From Mobula hypostoma (Eukaryota), in NCBI RefSeq assembly GCF_963921235.1, contig NC_086108.1, positions 82,088,001-82,152,000 on the forward strand: a stretch of 64,000 nucleotides of DNA. Reading direction: 5' to 3'. The notes beneath the pieces were generated by a model, which saw nothing but the letters and a program-made list of their open reading frames with translations, made no database searches and had not been told where the DNA came from. Numbering within the stretch: position 1 is the first letter of the stretch; each line of letters begins with the position of its first letter. This document shows positions 37,297 to 49,700 of this stretch, in pieces. The translations under genes were made by a program, and so were the position numbers.

Positions 37297-40200
37297 CTGT
37301 CTGTCTGTCTGTATCTTGTTTTACGGCGGTTGGCATCCAGTTTAATGGTGCATTACCGCCATCCTCTGCTCCAGAATGTGCACTAGACATACATTCTAAA
37401 TCCCTTCACCCAATCTCTCACACACACACACACACACACAAATCTACACTTCACCCTCCCATCTTTGACCATCCTAGTATCCTATTCCTGTTTATTCGTC
37501 ATATTCTATAAAAAACCCTTGTACCCCTTAAAAACGCTAAAAATACCTGGACGTACTCTCTCACCCATGCCCAGCAACCCTTTTAATGTGAATTCCTGCA
37601 TCCCCAACTCCCTTAATTTATTTCTCATCATCTCTCTCTGTATCCCATACTTCCTGCAACACAAAACTACATGTTCTACAGACTCCTCTTCCTGACATTC
37701 CTCAAACAATCCTGTCTGGTGTTTCCCTATCATTTTCAATGTTTTGTTTAATGCACAGTGCCCCAGCCTTAACCTAGTCCACACAATTTCCTCTCTTCTG
37801 TTTCTATTACCTACCCTAGTAACTGCAACACTCTTTTGTATTTGATATAAATGCCTCCCTTTCCCCTCCCTGTCCCATCTTTCTTGCCACATTCGGTTGA
37901 CTTTTTCCCAGATTACACACTTAACCTCTGCTTTACTGATACTAATGTGCATTTCCACATTTTCTTTCTTTAACGCCCTCTTTGCCAACTCATCCACCCT
38001 CTCATTCCCCTTCACCCCTACATGTGCTGGAACCCATAGAAATTTTACCTGACCTCCCTGATTTGCAATTCTTGTAACTAACTAAAGGACTTCATAAAGT
38101 ACATCTTGCCGACTGTTTGTGTGAAAAGACCTTAAACTTGCTCGAACTGAGGATGAATCTGAACATATCAATGCTTTGGCTTGTCTGGCTTTCTGCACCC
38201 ATTGCAACACAACCAACACTGCCAGCATCTCCACTGTAAACACCCCTAACTTATTAGATGTTCTTCTGCTGATTCCAATTTCTTTTGCTGGTATTACCAC
38301 CCCAAACCCTGTCACTCCTGTTTCAGGTTCCTTCGCACCATCCGTATAAATGTGAGTATAATCACTATACTTTTCCATCACATGACAGTTAAATGCATTT
38401 ACCAAATCTGTTTTATATCTTTCTTTCCTTTTTACCTCTAACAAATGCCAGTCTATGTCAGGCCATACAAGCTTCCATGGAGCTACAACCGGATAAACTA
38501 CTGAAGGACTTATCCTCAGATCAAATACTCCACATTCTTTCGCAATATCATTCCCTACCCGACTAAAGGTATCCCTCTGAAACCTCCCATTTTCCCAGCA
38601 CTCCTGCAACACTCCTTTAGTAGGGTGAGAATCATTGTGCCCCTGCAAGTTAGCCCAGTAGTTTGCCATCAGTTGCATCCTTCTTAGTTCCAAAGGCATT
38701 ATTCCCATTTCTACCTGTGGTGCTGACACTGGTGACATTTTAAAAGCCCCACTGCACACTCTCAAGGCCTGAGCCTGAATCACATCCAGTTTCCTTAAAA
38801 GAGACCTAGCCGCTGATCCATATACTATATTTCCATAATCCAATACAGATCTTACTAAAGCCACATACATTCTCTTCAAAGCTGAACAACTTGCTCCCCA
38901 TTCCCTACCAGTCAAACATCTCATCACATTTATTACTTTTTTACATTTCTCCTCAACTTTCCTGATATGGTCTGCCCATGTTAATCGTGAATCAAATATA
39001 ACTCCCAGAAATTTAAATGATGCAACCCTTTCTAATTCAACCCCATACATCCTTAACTTCTTCCCTACCTCAACCCTTTTCCTGGTAAAAAATACAGTTT
39101 GAGTTTTGTCTACTGAAAATCTACATCCCCAATCATAACCCCACTCCACCACTTCATCAATTGCTTCTTGTAGTTTCCTGATTATATGGTCCATGTTCCT
39201 GCCTCTTTTCCACAAGGCCCCATCATCCGCAAACAGTGACCTACCTATATCCACTGGTACCTTTGTGAAGATATCATTGATCATAATCATGAAAAGTAGC
39301 GGGCTAATCACACTACCTTGAGGTGTGCCATTTTCCACTATGTACTGTTTTGATAATTCTGATCCAATCCGAATTTGAATTTTTCTACCAAACAAAAAAT
39401 CTTTAATCCAATTAAAAACTCTCCCACCAACCCCCATCTTGTGCAGTTTAATTAATAATCCTTCCTTCCACATCATATCATAGGCTTTTTCAATGTCAAA
39501 GAACACTGCCACTACTGACCCTCTATTTGCCTGGGCCTTCCTTATTTCAGTCTCTAACATAATCACTGAGTCCATGGAATTCCTTCCCTTTCTAAAACCA
39601 CTCTGATAACTTGCCAGCATTCCCCTTTTCTCAAGCTCATATGATAACCTGTTATCATCCTTTCCATTATCTTACATATACTTGATGTTAATGCAATTGG
39701 TCTGTAGCTAGTGGGTTTTGACAGATCCTTGCCAGGCTTCCTTATTGGAATTACTACTGCTTCTTTCCATGCACTTGGTAATCTTCCCTCCTCCCACACT
39801 CTGTTATAAAAATGCAGCAACTTCAAGAGCGCTCCTTCTCCTAGATTTTTTAGCATCACAGAGCATATCAGATCTTTCCCTGGGGAGGTTGGTCTCGATC
39901 TCTTTATTGCTCTCACCATTTCTGCTAATGTAAATGGATCATCAATTATATCATCTGTTCCTTCCCTCCTGCTTAACACACCTGGGTGTTGGCTCATTAT
40001 TCTTTCCCTTCTTCTCCCTTCTTCAGACAAGTTTTCTGAACTGTGTATCAGTACAAATGACTTGGCCATGACCTCAGCCTTATCCCTACTGGAGACTGCA
40101 GTTTCCTCCTCAGATATCATTACTGGATATTCCCATTCCCTTCTACCTCCTCCCATCCTCTTAATCATTCCCCATATTTCTCCCACAGGTGTTGTTCTTC

Positions 40201-40741
40201 CTACCTTGTCGCAAAAACTCCTCCAACTTGCCCTTTTAGCTTGACGTATAGTTCTTCTCACCACTGCCTGTGCTTTCTTATATTGAACCAAATGCTGCAT
40301 ATTATGGGTTCTTTTAACTAGCCTGAATGCTCTATTTCTGTTTTTTACAGCCTGACAACATTCCTCTCTCCACCATGGTACCAGTTTTCTATTCATCCTA
40401 TTTTTGCTCCTAGGTATAGATCCTTCTGCTGCCATGATAATTGCTGAAGTCACCTGACTGTTTAATTCATCTACATTTCCAGAAATATCAACCTTTGTCA
40501 ACCCTTCACTCAATTTCTGGAACTTACCCCAATCAGCTTTTTCAAACACCCACTCTGGGGTTCCGCCACCTGGTCACCCACAGAACACAAAACTGGGTAG
40601 TGATCACTGCCTACTGTTGAAGCAGTCCAAACTCCCCAGTTACTAATGCCAGCCAAGGTATTAGACACTAACGTAATATCTAACACTGACTCAGTTCCTG
40701 TTGTTATATCTATCCTTGTGCCGCTACCATCATTCATACAC
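37297..40741 (-). mobile_element. Nimb/I-group LINE with RNase H, 5'-truncated inside the endonuclease, young
   Basis: APE end (VLDITLVS...GSDHYP), RT (SYRPIALTS, FFDIEKAYD, GTPQGSVISP, LFADD), RNase H (IYTDGAK, ICSDSSS, GNERVDELAK), C-terminal ECQEEESVEHVVLCC knuckle. 3' end GGCGGTAATGCACC...CCAACCGCCG plus (ACAG)n tail. Few lesions. Confidence 0.9.
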
Positions 40742-40749
40742 TTAAGATA

Positions 40750-41078
40750 ACTCGGACGTTCCCCACCGCTAACGGTCTCATGGGGTACCCCGAGCTATCA
40801 GTCAGTGAGCGGGAACGTCGGGCTCCAGCTCCGCCAACCCAGGCGCCACGTTCCAGCGGCACCATACACCTGACGCTTTCTATTGGCGGAGGTGGGATTG
40901 GACGCATCGTGGAACTAATGGCAGCCCAGCCCGCCCTGTCTCGTGCTGGATCACCAGGTTTTTTCTAATAGGCTAACCTCAAGGTTTGGCCAATAGCGGC
41001 GAGGCTGGCGCAGGGCGGGGCGGGGTCAGCGGGCGGTAGCTGGGCATCTGCAGACGGCGGTCGCACGGGAGGCAGACA
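40750..41078 (+). promoter_or_regulatory. DHCR24: DHCR24 CpG-rich proximal promoter / 5' UTR
   Basis: CpG-dense and without an evident TATA box. ATTGG at 40882-40886 and 40897-40901, CCAAT at 40990-40994, tandem GC boxes GGGCGGGGCGGGG at 41013-41025. Confidence 0.75.
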
Positions 41079-41309
41079 ATGGATCCGGTGATTTATTTGG
41101 CCGTATCGATGGCATTGCTGCTATTCTGGGTCCGGAGAAAAGGCATGGAGTATGTCATCATCCACCACCGCTGGGTCTTCGTCTGTCTCTTCCTGCTGCC
41201 CCTCTCCGTTGTCTTCGATGTCTACTACTACCTCAGGGCTTGGCTAGTGTTCAAGATGTGCAGTGCTCCCAAGCAACACGACCTGCGGGTCCGGGACATC
41301 CAGAGACAG
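41079..41309 (+). CDS. DHCR24: Delta(24)-sterol reductase exon 1
   Basis: [10 protein letters not shown]...[16 protein letters not shown]...RVRDIQRQ; 231 nt; donor CAG|GTGAGG. Confidence 0.97.
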
Positions 41310-42578
41310 GTGAGGGTTAGCGCTATCCACTGTGTGTGCTGCTTGCAGCGCTGTAATGCAGGGTGTGGTTCTCCCGAGAAGCTCACCCAGGAGCTGGGGT
41401 ACAATGATAGCCCGCTGTGCGAACCCACCCGAGGAACCTAGCAATGGAGTATGCTAATTTTGTACATTTCTAGTTCTATGCAGCAAATACTTGTTTATTA
41501 TGTTTAAATTCACGTAAACAATAGCAATTTCTCCTGAAGGGCAGAATGCAATGCATTAAATGTAGTTGATGTCAGAGACAAATACTGTAATACATTGACA
41601 GTGGGTAGACTTGCGTCATTTTGCCTATCAGTGATTTCAACGGCTCCTGACGTCATTGAACTATAGGGTATGCTTCTTCATTCGTCACTGATACTTTCAT
41701 ATACGATTTTTATAATGTTCCTAGAATTGGGGTGTTAAATGATCAGAATTGCGAATACAATGCAAGGCCTAGCTTTTCCAAAGCCAGATGAAGGCATTTC
41801 CACTATCTTGCAGAAATAGAATGATTCCGAACAGTCTGAGTATCTCGGTGGCATCGTGTAATTGGAATGTATTGTAGCCCCATTGAATATTTTGTATGGG
41901 ATCATTGAGGCTCCCCATAGTGTATATTGAATTAACCCACACTGATATTCAAAATTGGACTTGCGTTTTTTTTATCACTGGCGTATCTCATGAAATTTGA
42001 CCTAAAATTGCTCTAAGTTTTTTTAAAAAATAGTAGCGAATAAGGTGAATGTGTTCATGGACCATTCAGAAAACTGATGGAACTGTTTTTAACATGTAAT
42101 CTTATGGAGCATATTATCAGAGCCTTCCTTCTGTGACGTTTCAGGAAGTACATCAATGGCTATAAAGCATTTTAGAGTAACCTGAAAGTGACATGGTGCT
42201 TTATAATTTCAAGTCTGTTTCATTACCATGAGCCAGCATGTGCAATCCATGTTTTGTACATAGTCAGCAGGTTCCATCACAGACTGAAAGGAAGCCCAAA
42301 TGTAGATTTAGATGTGTGAATCAGAATCAGGTTTATTGTCCCTGACATACATCATGAAATTTGTTGTTCTGTAAGCATAACAGTACTGCAAGTTTAAATA
42401 AAGATAAATACATAGCACAAAAGAGGAATGGTGAGGTTGTGTTCATGGCACATTTGGAAATCTGATGGTAAGGGGGAAGAGGGACTGTCCCAGGTGGTAA
42501 GAGTCTTTAATGATGAATGCAGCGTTCTTCAACTTTGGGAAATGGCCTCAGTGATGGGGAGCCTTGTGCCCGTGCTGG

Positions 42579-42717
42579 CGATAGAACATAGAACAGTACA
42601 GCACAGTACAGGCCCTCTGGCCCACAATGTTGTACCGACCCTCAAACCCTGCCTCCCATATAACCCCCCAACCTTAAATTCCTCCATATATCTGTCTAGT
42701 AGTCTCTTAAATTTCAC
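42579..42717 (-). mobile_element. Short CR1 3' end with 21-bp TSD, inside a Rex1 remnant (~42320-42770)
   Basis: (ATAGAAC)n tail. GGAGCCTTGTGCCCGTGCTGG at 42558-42578 and 42718-42738. Confidence 0.8.
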
Positions 42718-43449
42718 GGAGCCTTGTGCCCGTGCTGGTGCTGGCTGAGACTACAACCTTCTGAAGCCTCTTGTCGTCAATTCCAACCAAACCAAACCAA
42801 GCTGCCGCTGCTGATGACCCCCATGGATTTGTTATTCTTGTGTGATGCACCCTCAGCTCCAATAACGATTGTTCCAAAAGTCAAAGATGTGTATTCGATC
42901 CTTTATTAGCAATTAGAAAACATGAAAGCAGTGAAACTTAAGCGTTCCCAATTGTAATTTGAGTGGTCAACAAAAGATGCGACATCCATTGGCTTCCAGT
43001 GCCAAACTGCCCGAAGAAAGCATAAATACATCACTCATTCCCTTCACTTTTACCATGACCCCACTGTGACCAGTTACCCTAATAACTGTGCAACACAGAA
43101 TACAGTGCAAACAGATAGAAAACAGATGAATGGCTCCTCCGCCTGGAGCACGTAGAGAGCGTGGCTCCTCCACCTCTTAGAATCCTGCGCATTGGTGCCT
43201 CTGTACCAGGCAGTGATGCAACCAGTCAGCGATGCAACCAGTCAGCATGGTCTCCAGGTGATGTGTCTTTGGAAGTACAGCTGTTAGCATGTCTTCATTG
43301 TGATTGCATCCATATGGTTCACCCAGGATAAATCCTCTGAAGGTCTATTATCAATGTAAAATCTATACTTGATGCAAGTTTGAAGTAAAGGCTTGCATCT
43401 TGCTGAAAATTGAACCGTGTAGTAGACTATTCTGCTTTTGTTTTGAAAG

Positions 43450-43605
43450 GTCCGAGAATGGAAGGATCAAGGAAGTAGAACGTACATGTGCACTGGCCGA
43501 CCAGGGTGGCTGACTGTATCACTGCGGGTTGGCAAGTATAAGAAGACACACAAGAATATCATGATCAATTTGATGGATATTTTGGAGGTGGACACCAAGA
43601 ATCAG
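43450..43605 (+). CDS. DHCR24: DHCR24 exon 2
   Basis: AAG|[52 protein letters not shown]|GTGACT; 156 nt. Confidence 0.96.
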
Positions 43606-44637
43606 GTGACTTAACTCTGTAATAATGAAATCGTAATACTTTTTCGTGTTGTCTTTCTGATTTGGAGTATACTTAACAGTTTTTGCAGTAAAGGTGATAT
43701 CAATGTTACGTATCAGCAACAAACTTAATTTTTTTAAGTACTTATATAAAAAGCATTGAGCAAAATGTTGGTTTCTCCATTAGGGATGTTACTTGAGGAA
43801 AATAATAGCCAGTTAGCGTAACAAATTAAAGTTCCCAGAGCTGGCTGAGTAGCCGATTTCTGTCCCTAATTATTAGGTTTATAACATTTGTATGTTGTGT
43901 CATTGAAGTTGCAATTCTCATTTTTCTATATTCTGTCCATAAATGACACTCATCAGTTTCACTATCTTGTGTATCATGGCGAGGGGTATAGTTGATAAAC
44001 TAAGAGAGATGGTGCTACAGTAAGGATTATTTGCAAACTTTCACCCTCCTCTCTTCTACAGTCTTCCCATGTCGGGTTTTCTGATCTGAACGTAGCTGCT
44101 GCAGCGTGGGATACAAGTCAAGTATTTCCCAATTGGTAAATGGAGGAAAAAGTACAAAGTATGTTTATAAAAAAAGTATGCTATAGAAAATCTTGAGATT
44201 CATCTGCTTGCAGACAGTCACTAAATAAAGAAACGCAATAGAATCCAGGAAAAAACCCACACAGCAAAAACCTTCAAATGCTTAGTGTGCAAAAAAAGAA
44301 CAGATTGTGCAAACAATAAAAAAAGGTAAATAATTCACAGAACATGAACTGCAGAGTCCCTGAAAGTGAGTCCACAGCCATGGAACCATTTCAGCAGTGA
44401 GCTGAGATCCAGTGGCTGTGGAATCAGTGTATTGCTGAGGTGAGTAAAGCCTCCTGGAGTAGTGAGCTGAACACCAGTTTGTCCTTCGTCCACAGCTTTG
44501 ATGCCTTAAATCAGCTAAGCATAGGTTCTCTCTGGCCCGGGCCCTGCCACTTCAATTCCATCCTAAGTTTAACTCCCTCTTGCAGCATCCATTTGTTCGA
44601 TAGCTGCAGTCCTCTAACTGGAAGTGTGGTGCTTGTA

Positions 44638-45478
44638 CAGGTCCACAATCCCTTATCCGAAATCCTTGGGGCCAGTTGCATTTTGGAATTCAGAACTTTT
44701 CGTATTTCAGACCCCGCCCCCCCTCGGGATACCAAAACACATGTATGCTCAAGTCCCGTATTTAACCTGTCTCAGTGCAGTGGACTGTAAGACCCAGCGG
44801 CACACCAAACNNNNNNNNNNNNNNNNNNNNNNNNNNNNNNNNNNNNNNNNNNNNNNNNNNNNNNNNNNNNNNNNNNNNNNNNNNNNNNNNNNNNNNNNNN
44901 NNNNNNNNNNNNNNNNNNNNNNNNNNNNNNNNNNNNNNNNNNNNNAAAACATTCAATAAAACATAAAAATACACAGCTTCAAATGAACCAAATCAAACAC
45001 ATGGTAAATAACTTATTGGAATAAATGCAGAACATCAATATCACTGTCACTATAAAACTTCAGTAACTTGTCTTTCTGTTTATTTAAATCATATACAGTG
45101 GTAGTTCCGACACTATTTTCTTCAGTAAGACGCAGCGCAGACATACCACAATCAAGCTTCTGCAATAACTCCACTTTCTACATTATTGATAGAGAAGATT
45201 CCTTCTCTTTTTCTCATTGTTATCCATGGGGGTATCTGCAACTCTTTTTGACATTTTCAGTGAAATTAAACACAAAGTCAACAGTGAACACAAAATGTCA
45301 GCGAACAGCAAATGCACATGTAACCAGTACGAGCGCTGAGCCACAACTGACGTCTGGCGGCCTCTGCTGGTGCTGCCACTTCACACCTGAGTGACGTCAG
45401 CTGTTGGCGAAAAAAAAACCACTTTGGTTTTGGGAGCTTTTTGGATTTCAGAATTTCAGATCAAGGAATGTGCATCTG
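44638..45478 (-). mobile_element. Tigger/pogo-like internally deleted DNA transposon spanning the assembly gap
   Basis: TA TSD; TIRs CAGGTCCACAATCCCTTATCCGAAAT vs CAGATGCACATTCCTTGATCTGAAAT (reverse complement). Minus-strand CENP-B-type HTH fragment MSKRVADTP...KVELLQKLDCG...VGTTTVYDLNKQKDKLLKF from ATG 45254. Confidence 0.8.
44811..44945. other. Assembly gap (135 N)
   Basis: Run of N. Confidence 1.
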
Positions 45479-45486
45479 TACCGTGT

Positions 45487-48400
45487 TATAGACTGTAAAA
45501 CTTCGGAGCAGAATTAGGCATTTTGGTCCGTTATTCCATTAGGGTTGATTTATCCCCCTCAACACCATTCTCCTGACTTGCCTATATAAACTTTGACACC
45601 CTGACTAATCAGGAAACTGTCAACTTCCGCTTTAAATATACTTATTGACTTGGTCTCTACAGCCGTCCGTGGCAATGCATTCCACAGATTCATTATGCCT
45701 TGGCTAAAGAAATTCCTCCATCTCTATTCTAAGTGGACATCCCTCTATTTTGAGGCTGTGCCCTCTGGTACTAGAATTGTATACTATAGGAAACATCTTC
45801 TCCACATCCATTCTGTCTAGGCGTTACAATATTTGATAGGTTTCAATGAGATTCCCTCTTCATTCTTTTAAACTCCAGAGAGTACAGCCCCATAGCCTTG
45901 AAACTCTCTTTGTGTATTACCTTTTATTCCCAGAACCATTTTTGTGAATGTCCTCTGGACTCTCTCCAATGGCAGCACACCTTAGATAAGTGGCCCAAAG
46001 CTGCTCACAATACTCCCAAGTGTGGTTTAACTATTGCCTGATAAAGACTCAGCATCACATCCTCGCTCTTGTAATCTAATCCTCTTGAAATGAATGCTAA
46101 CATTGTATTTGCCTTCCTTACCACCTACTCAACCTGCAAGTTAACCTTTAGGGAATTCTGCACAAGGAATCAAAGCCCCTTTGCACCTCTGATTTCTGAA
46201 TTTTCTCCCCTTTTCTAAAAGAGCCTACACCTTTATTTCTTCTACCCAAGTGCATGACCATACACTTCCATACACTATAGTCCATTTGGCACTACTTTGC
46301 CCAGTCTCCTAATCTAAGTCCTTCTGCTGGCTCCCTGCTTCCTGAACACTATCTGCCCCTCTACCTATCTTGGCCACAAAGCCATCAATTCCCTTCTTCA
46401 AATCCTTGGCATATAACGTGAAAAGAAGTGGTCCCCACACAGGCCCCTGCAGAACACCACTAGTCACCAGCAGCCAACCAAAGAAAGCCCCCTTTATTCC
46501 CACTCTGCTTTCTGCCAGTCAGCCAATCTTCTATCCATGCCAGTATCTTTCTGGTAATACCATGGGCTCTTATCTTGTTAATTAGCTTCATGTGCGGCAC
46601 CTTGTCGAAGGCCTTCTGAAAATCCAAGTAAATAACATAGAAACATAGAAAATAGGTGCAGAAGTAGGCCATTCGGCCCTTCGAGCCTGCACCGCCATTT
46701 ATTATGATCATGGCTGATCATCCAACTCAGAACCCCGCCCCAGCCTTCCCTCCATACCCCCTGACCCCCGTAGCCACAAGGGCCATATCTAACTCCCTCT
46801 TAAATATAGCCAATGAACTGGCCTCAACTGTTTCCTGTGGCAGAGAATTCCACAGATTCACCACTCTCTGTGTGAAGAAGTTTTTCCTAATCTCGGTCCT
46901 AAAAGGCTTCCCCTCTATCCTCAAACTGTGGCCCCTCGTTCTGGACTTCCCCAACATCGGGAACAATCTTCCTGCATCTAGCCTGTCCAATCCCTTTAGG
47001 ATTTTATATGTTTCAATCAGATCCCCCCTCAATCTTCTAAATTCCAACGAGTACAAGCCCAGTTCATCCAGTCTTTCTTCATATGAAAGTCCTGCCATTC
47101 CAGGAATCAATCTGGTGAACCTTCTTTGTACTCCCTCTATGGCAAGGATGTCTTTCCTCAGATTAGGGGACCAAAACTGCACACAATACTCCAGGTGTGG
47201 TCTCACCAAGGCCTTGTACAACTGCAGTAGTACCTCCCTGCTCCTGTACTCGAATCCTCTTGCTATAAATGCCAGCATACCATTCGCCTTTTTCACCGCC
47301 TGCTGTACCTGCATGCCCACTTTCAATGACTGGTGTATAATGACACCCAGGTCTCGTTGCACCTCCCCTTTTCCTAATCGGCCACCATTCAGATAATAAT
47401 CTGTTTTCCTATTTTTGCCACCAAAGTGGATAACTTCACATTTATCCACATTAAATTGCATCTGCCATGAATTTGCCCACTCACCCAACCTATCCAAGTC
47501 ACCCTGCATCCTCTTAGCATCCTCCTCACAGCTAACACTGCCGCCCAGCTTCGTGTCATCCGCAAACTTGGAGATGCTGCATTTAATTCCCTCATCCAAG
47601 TCATTAATATATATTGTAAACAACTGGGGTCCCAGCACTGAGCCTTGCAGTACCCCACTAGTCACCGCCTGCCATTCTGAAAAGGTCCCGTTTATTCCCA
47701 CTCTTTGCTTCCTGTCTGCTAACCAATTCTCCACCCACACCAATACCTTACCCCCAATACCGTGTGCTTTAAGTTTGTACACTAATCTCCTGTGTGGGAC
47801 CTTGTCAAAAGCCTTTTGAAAGTCCAAATATACCACATCCCCTGGTTCTCCCCTATCCACTCTACTAGTTACATCCTCAAAAAATTCTATGAGATTCGTC
47901 AGACATGATTTTCCTTTCACAAATCCATGCTGACTTTGTCCGATGATTTCACCGCTTTCCAAATGTGCTGTTATCACATCCTTGATAACTGACTCCAGCA
48001 GTTTCCCCACCACCGACGTTAGGCTAACCGGTCTATAATTCCCCGGTTTCTCTCTCCCTCCTTTTTTAAAAAGTGGAGTTACATTAGCCACCCTCCAATC
48101 CTCAGGAACTAGTCCAGAATCTAACGAGTTTTGAAAAATTATCACTAATGCATCCACTATTTCTTGGGCTACTTCCTTAAGCACTCTAGGATGCAGACCA
48201 TCTGGCCCTGGGGATTTATCTGCCTTCAATCCCTTCAATTTACCTAACACCACTTTCCTACTAACATGTATTTCGCTCAGTTCCTCCATCTCACTGGACC
48301 CTCTGTCCCCTACTATTTCTGGAAGATTATTTATGTCCTCCTTAGTGAAGACATAACCAAAGTAATTATTCAATTGGTCTGCCATGTCCTTGCTCCCCAT

Positions 48401-49700
48401 AATCAATTCACCTGTTTTTGTCTGCAGGGGACCTACATTTGTCTTTACCAGTCTTTTCCTTTTTACATATCTATAAAAGCTTTTACAGTCTGTTTTTATG
48501 TTCCCTGCCAGTTTTCTCTCATAATCTTTTTTTCCCCTTCCTAATTAAGCCCTTTGTCCTCCTCTGCTGAACTCTGAATTTCTCCCAGTCCTCGGGTGAC
48601 TTTCTCTGGCTAATTTGTATGCTTCTTCTTTGGAATTGATACTGTCCCTAATTTCTCTTGTCAGCCACGGGTGCATTACCTTCCTTGATTTATTCTTTTG
48701 CCAAACTGGGATGAACAATTGTTGTAGTTCATCCATGCAACCTTTAAATGCTTGCCATTGCATATCCACCGTCAATCCTTTAAGTGTCATTTGCCAGTCT
48801 ATCTTAGCTAATTCACGTCTCATACCTTCAAAGTTACCCCTCTTTAAGTTCAGAACCTTTGTTTCTGAATTAACTATGTCACTCTCCATCTTAATGAAGA
48901 ATTCCACCATATTATGGTCACTCTTACCCAAGGGGCCTCTCACGACAAGATCGCTAATTAACCCTTCCTCATTGCTCAAAACCCAGTCCAGAATAGCCTG
49001 CTCTCTAGTTGGTTCCTCGACATGTTGGTTCAAAAAAACCATCCCGCATACATTTCATTGACTCTCCTTTGTCTGTCCTACCTATTATTTTCAACAGATA
49101 TGTCAGGCAACATTGCCCTTTAAGGAAACCATGCTGACTTTGGCCTATTTTATCCTGTGCCTCCAAGTGCCCCATAACCTCATCCTTATTAATGGACCTT
49201 AATATCTTGCCAACCACTGATGTCAGGCTAACTGGCCTATAATTTCTTTCCTTTTTACCTCCCTCCCGTCTTAGGTTGGAGTGACATTTGCAATTTTTCA
49301 GTTCTCTGGAACCTTTCCAGAATCTAGTGATTCTTGAAAGAGCATTACTGATGTCTCCTCAACTACCTCTTTCAGAGGGTATAGTTCACTTGGTCCAGAT
49401 GACTTGTCTACCATCAGATGTTTCAGCTTCCCAAGTACCCCCTCCTTAGCAATGACAACTACACTCAATTCTGCCCCCTGACACTCTGGAATTTCTGGCA
49501 TACTGCTGGTATCTTCCACAGTGAAGACTGACGTAAAATACTTAAGTTCATCTGCCATTTCTTTGCCCCCCATTACAACATCTTCAGCATTTTTCTGCAT
49601 TCCGATATCCGCTCTCACCTCTCTTTTACTATATATATATAATCTCTCTCTCTCTCTCTCTCTGAAAATAATTTGTAACCTCTTTTGTGGTTGGGTTGAG
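45487..49700 (-). mobile_element. Older CR1 LINE (pieces 45487-46638 and ~49055-49700) split by a younger CR1
   Basis: The RT motif RTDKGESM|DVIYLDFQKAFDKVPH is continuous across the insertion. Confidence 0.85.
46639..49053 (-). mobile_element. Young CR1 LINE, 5'-truncated, with an uninterrupted 559-aa RT/C-terminal reading frame (46727-48406)
   Basis: Intact YLDFQKAFDKVPH, GVLQGSVLGP and KFADDTKL; endonuclease end PLGKSDHNMV (48545-49042); (ATAGAAAC)n tail. Confidence 0.95.

Noticed and set aside
41310-41441. Extension of the DHCR24 exon 1 ORF to 120 aa
   Set aside because: Read-through into intron 1 past a canonical donor; homology ends at RQ.
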